From Candidatus Nanopusillus sp. (GTDB lineage: Archaea > Nanobdellota > Nanobdellia > Nanobdellales > Nanobdellaceae), in the NCBI GenBank assembly GCA_049414405.1, contig JBMSAQ010000006.1, forward strand, positions 6,458-38,457: a stretch of DNA of 32,000 nt. The letters run 5' to 3'. The translations under genes and the position numbers were made by a program. This document shows, piece by piece, positions 31,999 through 32,000 of the stretch. The notes under the pieces are model-generated. The model had not been told where the DNA came from. It searched no databases and saw only the letters and a list, made by a program, of their open reading frames with translations. The first letter of the stretch is position 1. Every line of letters begins with the position of its first letter.

Positions 31999-32000
31999 TT

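Noticed and set aside
1-32000. CRISPR arrays, IS elements, integrases, rRNA genes or additional tRNAs.
   Set aside because: I saw no regularly spaced direct repeats, no transposase- or integrase-like ORFs, and no other GC-rich islands comparable to the tRNA at 31915..31998. The AT-rich short repeats scattered through the window are compositional.

Overview
This is a very AT-rich (about three quarters A+T by eye), tightly packed archaeal chromosome segment. I call 38 protein genes and 1 tRNA. Most intergenic gaps are under 40 bp, and many neighbours share 1-4 nt start/stop overlaps.

Most genes are information-processing housekeeping:
- Replication and repair: clamp loader rfcS and rfcL, RadB, and an Nre-like PCNA partner.
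- Translation: ribosomal proteins uL4-uL23-uL2 joined directly to uS2, aRF1, aIF2-gamma, CysRS, the C-terminal half of GatE, and a short Dph2.
- RNA and ribosome maturation: CCA-adding enzyme, RIO kinase, an Fcf1-like PIN protein, a DRG-like GTPase, and two PUA-type proteins.
- Other: TFE, a HIT hydrolase, two TatD-like hydrolases, and an Mtq2/HemK-like methyltransferase.
- The window ends in a GC-rich tRNA-Leu(GAG).

A split gatE, broken ribosomal-protein synteny, extreme compaction and a 64% GC tRNA in a roughly 25% GC background suggest a reduced, probably thermophilic Nanoarchaeota/DPANN-like archaeon. That lineage call is inference only.

Two regions look accessory:
1. A roughly 3.2 kb island (1948-5171) sits between rfcS and rfcL. 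It carries orphan genes, including three copies of an unrecognised ~190-aa helical module driven by near-identical promoters.
2. A type-IV-pilus-like ATPase/platform pair (20555-24783) is transcribed divergently from an operon of coiled-coil, Q/N/P-rich and Cys-rich proteins (18966-20516). No pilin gene is nearby.

Other anomalies:
- cysS has no canonical start codon in its own frame; an out-of-frame ATG lies beside a (TA)5 run.
- Dph2 lacks one of its three domains.
- A dense GTTAA motif cluster with a perfect palindrome sits on the tfe promoter.
- The DRG-like GTPase has a degenerate G3 motif.
- aRF1 carries NIKD instead of NIKS.
- A small membrane protein ends in CCCC.

I found no CRISPR array, rRNA, transposase or integrase. 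No database search or computation was possible. All family calls rest on motifs read by eye.
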